NCBI RefSeq assembly: GCF_004010195.1
Contig: NC_057721.1
Location: forward strand, 55,421,091-55,485,090
Length of the DNA: 64,000 nucleotides
Reading direction: 5' to 3'
DNA from: Chiloscyllium plagiosum
Lineage: Eukaryota
In this document: positions 24,164-37,100 of the stretch, piece after piece
Position numbering within the stretch: position 1 is the first letter of the stretch
Layout of the letters: the number at the start of each line of letters is the position of its first letter
Program-made: the position numbers and the translations under genes
The notes under the pieces: generated by a model
The model's input: only the letters and a program-made list of their open reading frames with translations
Databases searched by the model: none
Told to the model about the DNA's origin: nothing

Positions 24164-27100
24164 GTGGTGATGAGGGGAAAAGAAAATGCTCTTGAAGAAA
24201 TTTGCTAATCACAGTCATCTTAGGGTAAGTATTTCTGGCAGTATGGCATTATTTGGTAAGCTTGTCTTGTTCGATCCTGCTTTCAAAGTTTGGGCCCAAT
24301 ATATGGAAAGAAATGTTAGGACATTGGGGCAGATGAGAAGCAATGAGCAATTCGCTTGACAGCTTGTGCATGTGCAACTTTTCAGTTATTAGGAGTCAAA
24401 CATTTCCTGAAGAAACCAGAAAATAAAGCCCTTCCAGAGTTAACTGATTTAGTTAAGGAATATTATGACCACAAGCCTTCTCTAATTCTGAGATGCTATC
24501 GGTTTTATTTGGCAGTTTGAGAAGCAGGGGAATGTGTTGGAATTTTTGACGAGGTTAAGACGACTGGCAGAGGCATGTGACTTTGGTTTAACTTTTCATG
24601 AGATGTTGAGAGACCATTTGGTAAGTGAAATTAATGATGTAACCCTGCAAAAGTGTCTACTAACTGAAGCCCAACTGGACTTCAAACAGGCACTACAACT
24701 AGCCTTATCATTGATAACGCAACAAGTGGAGGATATGACTTGCAGGGTATTCCCAAGCTTGGGGGAGCACCACTTGAGTACAGCCTCACTCAGGATATAC
24801 CCTAAACAAAGGGACATGAGGTCAGCCCACAGCAAAACCCCAAATAAAAGCTAAGCCTCAACCATCCGGTTAAAATTTTCTTTAGGATCCAGGCTGGCAA
24901 GCCATTGTAGTTGCTGCTGATATGCGGGCTCACGGCAGCAGAAGAGTTCCACTAGGCCTGAATTGAGTAAGAGGACTCACAGTTTGGTATCCAGGAGAGT
25001 GCATATCCTGGAAAGCCCACCTACGTCTGGCTTGGAACAATTAAACTGCTTAGCAACATAAAAATTATAACCAATCAGTTTAAAAGTCTAGTTAAATGGT
25101 CATCCGGTTCTCATGGCGGTCAGTACAAGTGCGGCTGTATTAGCAATTGCAGAATCAGTCTTAAACAAAATGTGCTCTGGACTGCAACCCTTGCATAAAT
25201 CAGCTAGACTGAGAATCCGTAGCATGGAACCTTTTACACATTAAGGGTGCAACTTTTGCTCCACTCTGGTTCGAGAAGCAGCTGGTTCAGTTACCACTGA
25301 TTGTAATAAAAAGGCTCTGGCTCAAGCCTGTTCGTGTGAAATTGATTGGAAAAGATTGACCTTGATTGTCTCAACATTTTTTGGCTAGAAAAAGGCTGTC
25401 TGAGTGAAATTCTAACTAATTACCTGGAAGTCTTTCAGGAAGTTCTAGGGACTATTAAAGGGGCCAAGGCGATCTTGCGCCTTGACCAGGAAGCAATCCC
25501 ATGATTCTGCAAGGCCCGCCCAGTGCCATTTGCCTTGTGTGCAAAAGTAGAGGCAGAAATTAGGGTGAAAAACGAAGGAATCAGCAAACCAGTCCAGTTT
25601 GGGAAATGGCCAGCACCGTTCATAACAACTGTGAAGCCTGATGGGTAGGTTCGCCTTTGTGTGGATTTTAAATAAGCAGTAAACTGCTTTTCGCAGCTGG
25701 ACAAATACCCAGTTCTTCACATAAAGGACTTATATGCACAGTTGACGGGAGTATTGTCCTTCAGGAAGCTGGATATGAGCCATGTGTACCTACAATTGTG
25801 GTTAGATGAGGATTCCCAGAAGTATGCTACAGTTAATACCCATAAGGGTTCTTACCCTAAATGGCAGTATATTAAAAATTGGTATCAGCCTGTGCCATTT
25901 TTCAGCAGACATTGCCAAACATTTTACAAGGTCTACCCCAGTCACCACTTAATTGGATGACATGCTAATAACAGGGACAACCAATAAAGAGGACTTGGAG
26001 AACTTGGACATAGATGTTTCTCCAAGGTGGGCATTATGCCTTGGAAGGGGAAAATGTGTGTTCCAGGCACCCTAAGTGTCCTACTTGGGCTACAGTCGAC
26101 AAGACCTGGATAGATGCTTTGGAAGATAAATTGAGGGCGATCAGAGGTGCCCTGGCTCCCACATATGTACTGGAGCTTAGGTCTTTTGGATTGGTGAATT
26201 ATTATGGAAAGCTCATATGCAACCTGGCCTCCATCCTGACACCCTTGCATCCCCTATTGGAAAAGGGACTGCCTTGGAAATGATCTCGTCGCCAAGATGT
26301 AGCTTTTAGGGAAGTGAAGAAACAGCTATCATCTACCAAGGTTTTGGTACACTGATCACAATTGAGATCAAGTGCTGACGTGTGTTGCCTTCCCGCACTG
26401 TATTGGGGTAGTGTTTGCTCATAGATGGCTCAGTGGAGAGCAGCACCCAATGGCATAAGATTCCGGAGCAGTGTGCAAGTATGCCTAGATAGAGAAAGAA
26501 GGTTTGGCTGTCATCTTTGCTGTGTGAAAGTTCCACCAATACCCTTTTTCTGACTTAGATTTGTAATTGTAATATACTATAAACCCCTGCTACGGCCACT
26601 CTGAGGACAAGCCCATGCCGTCCATAGCTTCAAGTCAAATTCAACGTTTGGCTCTCATTCTAAGTGCATACAATTTCAAGTTGGAGCATTGGCTGGGAGG
26701 CCAAGTAGCAAATGCAGGTGCCTTAAGCAGCCTCCTGTTGGCAGATATGCCACTAGTGGTGCCACTATTGGAAGAGTCTGTCTGGTTTTAAACTTTCTGG
26801 ACACCCTTCTGGTCACCACTGACAATATCCGACTGTGGATATAAAAAGATCTGGCCTGACAAAACTAAAGCAACTGGTAGTGGTTAGGGAAACAAAAGGG
26901 CCAGTCAACAGCCAGAATTGAAACATTTCTGGATCTGGCGAGACCAGATCACCATAGAGCAAGATATCTTATTTGGATGTGTGATTGTCCTGAGTAAAGG
27001 TTGCCAGACCCTGAACTCCACCAGGCTCATCTGAGGTGTCTAAAATGAAGATGTTGGCAAGAAGTTATGTCTGGTGGCCAGGATGGATTCAGATATAGCT

Positions 27101-28283
27101 GTGTTAGTGGGGCAGTGCTCAGAATGCTAATAAGGTCACAAATTAACACCAGCAGCTCCTTCATGCGTGGGAATGGCAGGGTAAACCCTGGACTCGGTTA
27201 CAAGTTGACTATGCCAGCCCTTTTTCATGGGTTCAATGTTGTTAGTCATTGTGGGCACTCAGTGTTTGGACTTACGTAGGGTTCGTGAATCAAACATGTA
27301 TGATTGATAGAAAAGCTGCGAGCATCTTTTGCAATGCATGGATTCCTCCCAGAAGTGTTGGTCCCAAACAATGGGCCATCATTTACCAGCAGGGGATTTG
27401 AGTATTTCCTAAAGTCAAATTGCATTTGACATAAAAGGACAGCTCCATATGATCCATCATCCAATGGTCTGACAGAAAGAAGTCTAAACTTTGAAGGCAG
27501 GCTTAATCAAACAGGAAATGGGACAGTTTGTTATCTAGTAAAGGCTGTTTCTTTATCAGGCAACTTGAGGGATGGATCCAGCAGTATTGTGAATGGGAAG
27601 AAGATTCCACAGCAGTTTAAATCTGATCTCTGCAAGGTCTGGGCAGTAGGGTGTGAAACAACAGCATCCAGAATGCTAATGCCAGACATAAGATCCTCGA
27701 AGCGAGAGAGAGAGTTTACTTCAGGGGATGAAGTTGAAGTTTGGTGCCAAAATTACACGAATGGCTCTGCATGGGTAAGAGGCATGGCCGATGTGAGGTC
27801 AGGTCTCATGGTATACAAAGTTCTGAACCCAGACCACATGAAAGCTGCAAACGTGCATATGGGATAGAAGCAAAAGATTTCTGGCCCCTCAGAACAGCCA
27901 GAAAGGCTGTCCGAGCTCATGTGTTCTCCCCCTCTGTCTAGTATCTGAGAAATATCTGAGTTTGAGATGGACTGCAGATATTGCAGCCTTGGTGCCATTA
28001 ACACCGGAAGAAGAGGATTAATTTCTTAAATGTTCAAGCTGCAAAAGGCGAGCTATGGTCTGGTAGAGCCTACCCATATCCCAGGTGGAATCAGAGGAAC
28101 TGGACCTGGTGCAAAAATGCCTCAGAAACGCTACAAGAAAAAGAACAGGCCAATGTTCTGGACTTGGAGGGGAAGGAATGTATTGATTGTAACAAGGTCA
28201 GCCAAGTGGATTTCAGAATATGACTTCCCTGATTGGGGCTGCCAATCAGGGAGCCCTGGCTGACAGAGATAAACAGGAGTGTC

Positions 28284-29390
28284 TGGGGAAAAAATAAGCA
28301 CTACCGCACTTAGGTGGTAGTGTGGGGGTTAAAAATAAATAAATAAATAAACAGGGGATTCTTCCTGGTGGTGGAATAAAAAGAAAAAAAAAAGAAAAGC
28401 AGGTGTGCTTGCACTTTGATGTGAAGGGCAGTGTTTGTCACTAAAAAAAAATAAATAAACAGGAGTGGCACTGCCCTTTGATGTGAAGGGCAGTGCTTGT
28501 CACTGGCCACCTGGGTGTTTTCCTGTCTTCCTGGTGGTGGAAATTGAATAAAGATTCGTGCACTTTGTAAAATAAAAGAGAAAAAAAAAGCAGAAGTGTC
28601 TGGGGAAAAAATAAGCACTACCGCACTTAGGTGGTAGTGTGGGGGTTAAATTTTAAAAAAAAAAAGGGAATTGTGGGGGTTTAAAAAAAGAGAGAAAGAA
28701 AAAACAAATAAACAGGAGTGTCACAGACTCCCAGCCCAACTGCTTGTTCTGTGGCGCTGTGGAGTCCATGGACCATGTATATATTGGGTGTGGGCGTTTG
28801 CACTCCCTTTTTGATTTTCTTAAAAACCTTCTCCTCTGTTTTTGGCTGCACTTCAGTCCCACGCTCCTGATCTTTGGGCACCCGGTATGGAGGAGGGAGG
28901 GCGGATCTGAAGACCTTCTCGTGGGTCTGCTCCTGGGCCTGGCCAAACTGCCCATCAACAGATCGAGGCAGCGGGCCATGGAGGGGGTCGTTAGGGCCGA
29001 CTGCCTGCCCCTCTTTCGCGGTTAAGTTAGGGCCCGGGTGTCCTTGGAGAAGGAGCACGCGGTGTCCACCAACACCCTGGAGTTGTTCAGGGAGAGGTGG
29101 GTGCCGCAGGGAATGGAGTGCATTATTTCTCCCTCCAACTCTATTTTGATTTAATCCCTACCCTCCCCTTCACTGTTTTGATCACGCAGCACTGCCCTTT
29201 GATGTGAAGGGCAGTGTTTGTCACTGACCACCCGGGTGTTTTCCTATCTTCCTGCTGGTGGAAATTGAATAAAGATTCGTGCACTTTGTGTCTTTCACTG
29301 TGTCTCACACGTATTCACATGCCATGGCTGCTGGGGAACAATAAGCACTACTGCACTTAGGTGGTAGTGTGGGGGTTAAATTAAAAAAAT
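28284..29390 (+). mobile_element. Tandem array of ~7 5'-truncated Tx1/L1-clade insertions separated by copies of one target sequence
   Basis: Each unit is a piece of the 29155-29390 3' UTR plus an A-rich tail, bounded by ATAAACAGGAGTGTC or variants. Confidence 0.8.
28723..29154 (+). pseudogene. Tx1-like ORF2 C-terminus (CCHC zinc knuckle), one internal stop
   Basis: CLFCGAVESMDHVYIGC...LLLGLAKLPINRSR...FRG*VRARVSLEKEH...FRERW...ILI*. Confidence 0.8.
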
Positions 29391-29459
29391 ATAAACAGGA
29401 GTGTCAGAGCTCTACTCATTCTGAGAGCCTGCTCTGAGGAAGCCAGACCAGTGTTAAGT

Positions 29460-30355
29460 GGTGACCAACGTTCAGGGATCTATATACATGGTTGCTGAGA
29501 TCTCTCTGTTTATCCACACTACAAAGAATCTTACCATTAGCCTAGTACTCTTTTTATTCCTTTGTTGCTCCTTCCAAAATGAATCACCTCACACTTTTCT
29601 GCATTAAACTCCATTTGCTAACTCTCAGCCCAGCTCTGCTGCAGCTTTCAGCACAATCCACAATTCCACTGACCTTGGTGTCATCTGCAAATTTACTAAC
29701 CCATCCTTCTATGCTCTCATAAAGGTCATTTATAAAAATGGCAGCAGTGGCCTCAAAACAGATCCTTGCGGTACACCACAAGTAACTGAAATCCAGGAGG
29801 AACCACCACCCTCTGTCTTCTTTCAGCGAGCCAATTTCTGATCCAAAGTGCTAAATCACCTTCAATCCCATACCTCGGTATTTTATGCACTAGCCTACAC
29901 TGGGAACTGTATCAAACACATTGCTGAAATCCATATGCACCACATCAACCGCTATTTGGTCACCTTCTCTAAGAACTCAATAAGGTTTGTGAGGTACGCC
30001 CTACTCTTCATGAAACCGTGTTGACTACCCCAATCAACTTATTCATCTCTAGATGATTGTAAATCCTATCTCTTATAACCTTTTCCACCACTTTACCCGC
30101 AATCAAAGTAAGGCTCACTGGTCTATAGTTGCCTCTATTCCCCTTCTTGAACAAAGGGACAGCATTTGCTATCCTCTAGACTTCTGGCACTATTCCTGTA
30201 GACAATGGCGACATAAATATCAAAGCCAAAGGCTCTGCAATCTCTTCCCTGACTTCTCAGCAAATCCAAGGATAAATCCCATCTGGCCTAGGGACTTAAT
30301 TATTTTCACATTTTCCAGAATTGCTAACACTTCCTCCTTGTGAACCTCGATCCTG
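29460..30355 (-). mobile_element. CR1 LINE fragment
   Basis: IFINDLYESIEGWVSKFADDTKVSGIVD on minus strand. Confidence 0.85.
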
Positions 30356-32377
30356 TTTAGTCTATTTGTGTAGGTTGTTTTATTTTCAGGTTAGTTTACT
30401 GAAATATCTCAACAACAACTCATCTTTATAGAGCATGTTGAGCATGGACAATTTTCCCAAGGTGGTTTTGAAGATGAGACACAAGAATGGATATTGACCC
30501 AAAGAAAGTCATGCTCAGGCTAACGTTTAATTAAATGGGTAGTTTTTAAGGAATATCTAAAAGAAGTTTTATTTCTCAAAAAAAAACCCATCCTGTTTCC
30601 TTCTGAAAATGTCAATTGTCTTTGCTCCCAGTACTCTCACATGCAGTAAGTTTCAAGTAAGAAATGCATTTTCCTGAATTCCCTTTCAGTTGGAAAGTAA
30701 TGCATTGTGATCCCAGTCAGAAAAGATCTTATTAGATTCTGACTAGTTTTTAATTAAGACTTTTTAATAAAAGTTTATAAATTTTGTGCTGTTTGCATAG
30801 ATTTCTTGGGAAGGGGTAATGGAAAAGGTATCTAATATGGCCTTGAATACTTTGTATAGAAAAACAAATATTTTTCTCACCAAAGTATTGCCATTTGTGA
30901 GAACTCTCTCTGCAACCCATTCAGTTGTTCCATGGGGATTCTTGAGTGCCCATGACATGGTATCAAATACTAACTAACTTCTGGGAATTATGTATTATTC
31001 AGTAATGTTCAGGATGAATAACATATCACCTAGGAGAATTTCATTAAGAGAAAAGTAAGAACAATTATCCTCAAGACCTAGGGGATTTGTTTACCCACAA
31101 TTGACATCAGGTGAAAACTTCACATATTCAGCTAGTAACAGCTCATGAAATATTGAGTTAATGACTTAAGCATGTTTGTGACATTGCTACTTCTATAATT
31201 GTTCTTCATGCACAGATTTATGTGGTAATTTTTATTCAATAGCTCCTTGATACATTGCAGGAAATAAATCCAAATGCTGTCTTGTTTACAGTTTGATAGT
31301 TGAAGCATTGGTTCATTAATGAATTGTTTTATTTTGTTGACTGTGTATTGCTTTTGGATTTCTCTCTGTTACTATCACATAATTGACTATTACATCAAGC
31401 GTAAAGGGTGTTGCAAGTTTCACTTTGAGTGTATCTTCGCTACTTCCTATCCAATTGCTATTGAATCATTTTCTATCTGTCAGGTAATCCTGTGCCACCT
31501 CCCACAGTCTATTTAATCAGACACATTAAATCTAATGTGCCATTATGTAATAAGACTAGAGTCATAGGATCTTGTGCAGTGGTAGTGTCCCTACCCCGGA
31601 ACCAGGAGGCCCAAGTCTCACCTGTTCCAGAGTTGTGTAATAATATCCCTGAACAGGTTAATTTAAAAAAAAGTCTCACAAAGCTAGAATCATAGAATGG
31701 TTACAACAGAAGGAAGGCCATTCAGCCTTTCGTATCACAAAAAGAGCTACTCAACTGGTCACACTCCCTTAGCTTTTCCTTGTAACCCTGCATACATTTT
31801 CTCTTCAGATAATTATCCGATTTCCTTTGAATTGAATCTGTTTCTGTGAAGCTGTATGCTGCATTGTATTGCATGTTGTGATTCTCTTTTCCTATATGCT
31901 TAGTAATTTTTAAAAATGAATTCAAGCCGATTTAATTCATGATTGTCTTATTATTTACAAACATTGAGGTACGTATCACATTCTCATTTTCTGTTTAAAA
32001 CCTTCAATTATGTTTTTGTCAATATTGACCTCTTGGCTGGCTAACGTACTCTCTCTTCAGATATTTAATGTATGTTAAACTTTGTGAAGTACCTTCTGGA
32101 AAAATCACTTATTACCTCTATTCAATAATATATTTAGGCAGATTATTTATTGAACACATTCTTTGTGTTAAATAATGCTTTATTTATCCATAGGTTAATT
32201 TCATATTGCACGTTCTTTTGAGACATTTTAAGGCTTTCACTGTAACAAAATAACAGGCCATTTATATTTTCTGTGATATTTTAGTTTACAAATACTGACA
32301 AAAATGCTTGTAATCTTTGACATTCAAACACTTGTGTAAATTGTATTCTTGTACATAGTGATCCTACTGCTGCCCAA

Positions 32378-32437
32378 ATGGATAGACGTAGGGCATCAAC
32401 TCAACCTGCTGGCCAGGATGGACCAGGGACATTAAAG
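32378..32437 (+). CDS. SENP7: SENP7 (SUMO-specific protease 7), first coding exon (exon starts 32359)
   Basis: TAG acceptor; MDRRRASTQPAGQDGPGTLK; AAG|GTATC donor, phase 0. Confidence 0.72.
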
Positions 32438-33594
32438 GTATCAACTTCAATTTCTTCATTTGGTTCTGTAAGTTAGACTTCACTATGAAGTCTTCTTTTG
32501 CTTCTTTGGTTTATTCTGCCAAGCTTTCCTGGTGAAGGCACTGAATGATTATAGAATCCTTTTTTTTTAATGCTGTTAAGATGTCAATTGTTCACTAATT
32601 GAGTTTTATGTAATATTCATTTTAGAGAGCTGTGAAGACAAATCTAAGTTGCGTTTCTGAGGCAATCATCAATTAGAAAAATTAAATGTAACCAGGTTAC
32701 ACTTTTTCCAAGTATAATTTATCTATGATTGGCAAAACTAATGTAAAATAGTCAAGAAGTTTGAACACAAACAGTACAAATTTAGGTTTGTGATCTTTTG
32801 TGCTGGTATTTTGCTTAAATAAAAATCATTTTGTTGGAAGCCAACTTTGATCATTAAAATTGGTCACATTGCCAGATGAATCAAGTGAGTGTTTGCTAAT
32901 TAGGTCCATTTGTAGCACTTCCAAGAAGGTTCTTAGAATTGAGCTGTTTTGATTTCGGATACAAAAACACTGGGCACTGTTTAAAAATTTTTTGGCTGAT
33001 TACTGTGTACATTAATGATTTCCACGAATGATTCTTTATTTTTTAAAAACATTTTCAATTACAGGGAATATTCTTTGTTTCACCTTTTGAGTTGTTTCAC
33101 AATAAATGTGTTTCTTTATTATGTCACTTCACCACCTTTTAATAAAGTCAGATTTCTCAGAGCTGTACAGCATGAAAACAGATCATGCTGACCAGGTATC
33201 CTAAATAAACCAAGCTCCATATCACTCAACTACAGGTACAATTGCAAATACTGAGATGGCAATGGTGGACCCTCCTCTTCGCTCTCAAATCTCCCCTCCA
33301 CCCCTCACCAAGACGTTGCAATGATTTTCAAGCCTTGGAGTGGATTCTCAGTGGGAAAGGGTTTGTGAAGCATTACCCTAGACTTGGGATTTTCCTTCCT
33401 GGGCATCTCTACCTCACTCTCCCCACCTCCTTTTGAGTTGCTGCTGAAAACCTGCACATTTGATCAAGTTTTAGGCCATGTGTTAATTGTCTTATGTGGC
33501 TCTGTGTCAAATTTCATTTAATAGCTCTCTTGGAAGGTAGTTTGGGGCACTTCACCTATTTTAAAACTGCTGTATAAGTACAAGCATTTTGTTG

Positions 33595-34285
33595 TTATAT
33601 TTAGAATATCCTTTATTGTCACATGTACTCAAATACAGGAGTACAGTGAAAAGTTTTACAATGTCTCCTCTGATGGCGTCATCTTAGGTATAAGTGCATA
33701 AGTACAAATCTTAGATACAAGGAGTAAAAAGAAAAGGAATTGCATTACTTTAGTGTTGAAAGAATAAGTTCAAAATAAGACATAGTCAAAGAATTGACAT
33801 TACAGTCAGATTAAAAAATTTCAAATAAACATTACATTGCACCAGCTCAGCACAGGCGGCATCCACGTGTTGACCGACTGCCTGCACCAGACCTCCGCTC
33901 CAAGCCTCCAGTCTGCTCTGTACTCGCTCTCAGCTGTGCCAAGATAAGTTCCAGGACTGCATCCCCTGCACCAGCTGATGCTCCAGGCATGCTTTCCCCA
34001 CGCCAGCCTCCACCTGGGACTCACTTCTCATGCCAGCCTCTGTCCCAGCACTGCTTTCCCTGTGCCGGCTGCCACCCCGGGACTGCTTCCCATGTACCGA
34101 CCTTTGCCCCGGAACTGCTTTCCCCGAGTTGGCTGCTGCTCCACGATTAGCCTATGGAGCTTGTCAGCTCCTCCATTCCCCCAATGCAGAAAATGGGGGG
34201 AGGTGGAGGGGAATAAAAGAAAAAAGAACAGATGGAGCAGATGAGCTCCAGTTGAAGCATCTTATTCTGCTGCCATCTTGCCGAC
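33595..34285 (-). mobile_element. Interspersed element with a LINE-type 3' tail related to the Rex/Babar tail at 50565
   Basis: tttattgtcacatgtac...gtacagtgaaaagtttt resembles 50574-50610; GC-rich internally repetitive body. Confidence 0.45.
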
Positions 34286-35945
34286 AGGTCAATTTATATC
34301 AAAGAACTAAGGAATTCAAGTTGGTGCTTTTGTTACCCCTCCTAACTCCCCAGGAAGATACTCTCCTTCTGAATTTATGTTTAAAGTAGGCAATTCTTTT
34401 TAACAATAACAATTGAATTTTAAGGGTTTGAGATTTTTTTTGGAAGTGAAACCTTGTGTAGGATTCCTTCAGAATTGCTTTATCTTTCTATTTTGTAAAG
34501 AGCCGTGAGATCAAGATTACCCTTCCTTTAGTAATTTCTTTTCACTTTGGCATCCATCATCTCTGACCATCTTATTTTGCTTTTGTTCTGTGTTGTGTTA
34601 TCTCACATCAAGTCAGATTTTTCAGGATTATAGAAAGCAAGCAGTGATCTAGCAATCTTACCATAAGTCTAGCAATGCTGACGTTAAGTTTAAATCCTAC
34701 CATTGAAACTGAGAAATTATACTTGATAGTTAGCATCAGTAGAAGTAAGGATCACAAAAACTTTTGCATTTTTGTAAAAACTCAACTGCATGGTTAACTG
34801 TAGAGACAATTGGATGGGCAATAAAACTGTTTTATCAGTATCTCCCATACCCCAAGGACCAAATAAATGACATTGCTTATGTAAAACTAGTGAGAAATGC
34901 TTAAACCATGGATGGTTTGGAACCAGTATGACCACCCTGCTACCACCACCACCCACCTTTTGTGGATGCTTCTTTTGGTCATGTTGTGATGGAAAATTGT
35001 CATCTCTGTGCATTAGTTTGCTGCTCATAGATGATGGTCCGTGTCAACTCCATTGTTCCTTATCTCAACTTAGTTCAACATTTTTACAATTATGTGGCAA
35101 AATTCAAACTTTCTACATTGTGAAGAGCTGTAAATATGCTTGTGAAAATTATACTTTATAAAGAGTGATTCAGAGTTTAAAATTGCAGAAGAGGCCCTTC
35201 CTGGCCTGATTCATTATTGTGATTGTTGATGTTACTAATTTCTCATACAGTGACATCTTGCTTTAATACATCAAGATTTCATGATGATTATGGCAGCAAT
35301 GTTTTCAGCATCTGCCACCATTATTGACCGTTTCAGAGTTGTGATTTCTGGAGTTGGTAGCACATTTGCAGTTCGATATCCAGAAGTTGCTTGGCTGTAT
35401 TCCCATGCTAATTCAAGGGTGTATCATTGATGTTTCCTTCAATATCATTTAATCAGAAGTAATTGAACTGATGAGAACTTCCATTGCTGTATTATTCATA
35501 TCTCACTGTAAAGACCTTTGGAAAAAGTTATATTGTTAAATGAAGAGTAATTGAGTTTTTAACTGAGTACTAAATTAATAATTACTACTAGGGAGCATCA
35601 CTCTAGCCATGAAAGGTCAAATTTATATTCAGGTTGCTGATTATTTCAATTTGCTTCATGAAGTCCAGCCTGTCATGCTGTAAAATATTGATCTGTCTGG
35701 GTACCCATACAAACTCCCTTTAAATGTGCTTATCTAGATTGCACTGCAAAATGATTTTATTTCTTTAACTACACTGAATTGCAAAGTATTTATTTTTACT
35801 TTCATTTAGAATGTCTATTTCTTTAAATTCCAAATTAATGGATATTTTTATATTAAAGCTTGTACTAATTTGATGAAGTGTCTTGGCATTCTAATTCTTT
35901 TTGAAAATTTTATTTCAACATTGAATGATTTTCTTCTGTTTCTAG

Positions 35946-36065
35946 TCTGGGGACAAATTTAAAATTCCAAAGAAGAAAAAAGTCACAGAGAAGGACAATG
36001 TAGAGACTCATTCTCCTCTATCCCGACTTACTGATTCCAGAATTGAAAATTTAAGACCGTCGCAT
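35946..36065 (+). CDS. SENP7: SENP7 coding exon
   Basis: Strong acceptor; SGDKFKIPKKKKVTEKDNVETHSPLSRLTDSRIENLRPSH (SPLS motif as recalled in SENP7); GTGAGT donor; phase 0-0. Confidence 0.82.
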
Positions 36066-36807
36066 GTGAGTTGAAGTAAAAAGACTTTATGTATCTTGTC
36101 TAAGTTTCTGATCTTAATGCTTTCTTTGTTCTTTCATGGTAGATACTGGCATAACCAGCGTTTTATTGTCCACTGTAATTGCTCTTGAAGATGGTGAAAC
36201 TGGGTGTTATTTCAGAGATCAAAAAAATCAACTAGTTGTTGTGTATCTGGAATTACTTATGTAGTCTAAGGATGAATAGTTTATTTTCCTAAAGATGATT
36301 AATACACTATTAGTTTTTAAAGACAATCTAATAGTTACATGCTCACAATTACTGATAAGTGCATTTACACCAGATTTATTTAATTTGAATTCACAATCTC
36401 CAGAATATTGGTTGCTAAACCAGGAACAATGCTGTCATATCCAATGTGAGCATAGAGACTGAATGTTCACCATAGCTATGGGACTTTGGGCGGCCCAACA
36501 GCCATTAGCTCAATCTTGTTTTTAACTTGATAATCATGCATTTGTTTTGTAGCTGAAATCATTACATTGTGATTATGAGAGGGAAGCTTTCATTTCTCTA
36601 TCTTTCACTGTCTTTTTCTTCCATAAGGCTCAACTGTGGACAACTACACGATAGCATTATCACATGGTTAATACCAACTCAGTTGGCTTAAAAAAAAACA
36701 AGTAGTAAGCATGAGCCTAACTTACAAATGTAGTTCACTGCATAATTTGGTGCACTTAAAAATTCAGTAGTTTAACTCCATGAGACTGCCAAAAGATTTA
36801 AGCAAGT

Positions 36808-37100
36808 TAGATTTGAATTAGATTACCTACAGTGTGGAAACAGGCCCTTCGGCCCAACAAGTCCACACCGACCCGCCGAAGCGTAACCCACCCAGACCCA
36901 TTCTCCTACATTTACCCCTTACCTAACACTACGGGCAATTTAGCCTGGCCAATTCACCTAACCTGCACATTTTTGGATTGTGGGAGGAAACCGGAGCACC
37001 CGGAGGAAACCCACGCAGTCACGGGGAGAATGTGCAAACTCCACACAGTCAGTCGCCTGAGGCGGGAATTGAACCCGGGTCTCTGGCGCTGTGAGGCTGC
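36808..37100 (-). mobile_element. tRNA-derived SINE (HE1-like), young copy
   Basis: B box GGTTCAATTCC on minus strand, CpGs retained, tail ttagattacctacagtgtggaaacagg. Confidence 0.85.

Larger units (their letters stand above)
23938..29458 (+). mobile_element. Decayed Gypsy/Ty3 LTR retrotransposon (gag-PR-RT-RH-IN order)
   Basis: gag EFLTRLRRLAEACDFG..LRD; RT FRKLDMSHVYLQL..YATVNTHKG, LDDMLITG; IN NNGPSFTSRGF..APYDPSSNGL; PBS-like TGGTGATGAGG after 24163; PPT 28166-28178; many stops. Confidence 0.88.
28179..29458 (+). repeat. Gypsy 3' LTR, split by a Tx1 array (LTR parts 28179-28283 and 29391-29458), then cut by CR1
   Basis: Starts TGTATTGATTGTAAC right after the PPT; resumes ataaacaggagtgtcagag...gccagaccagt at 29391. 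Confidence 0.8.

Noticed and set aside
28269-29405. CRISPR-like repeat/spacer array
   Set aside because: Eukaryotic context, no cas genes, variable-length spacers that are all pieces of one LINE with A tails; the repeats are better explained as TSDs.
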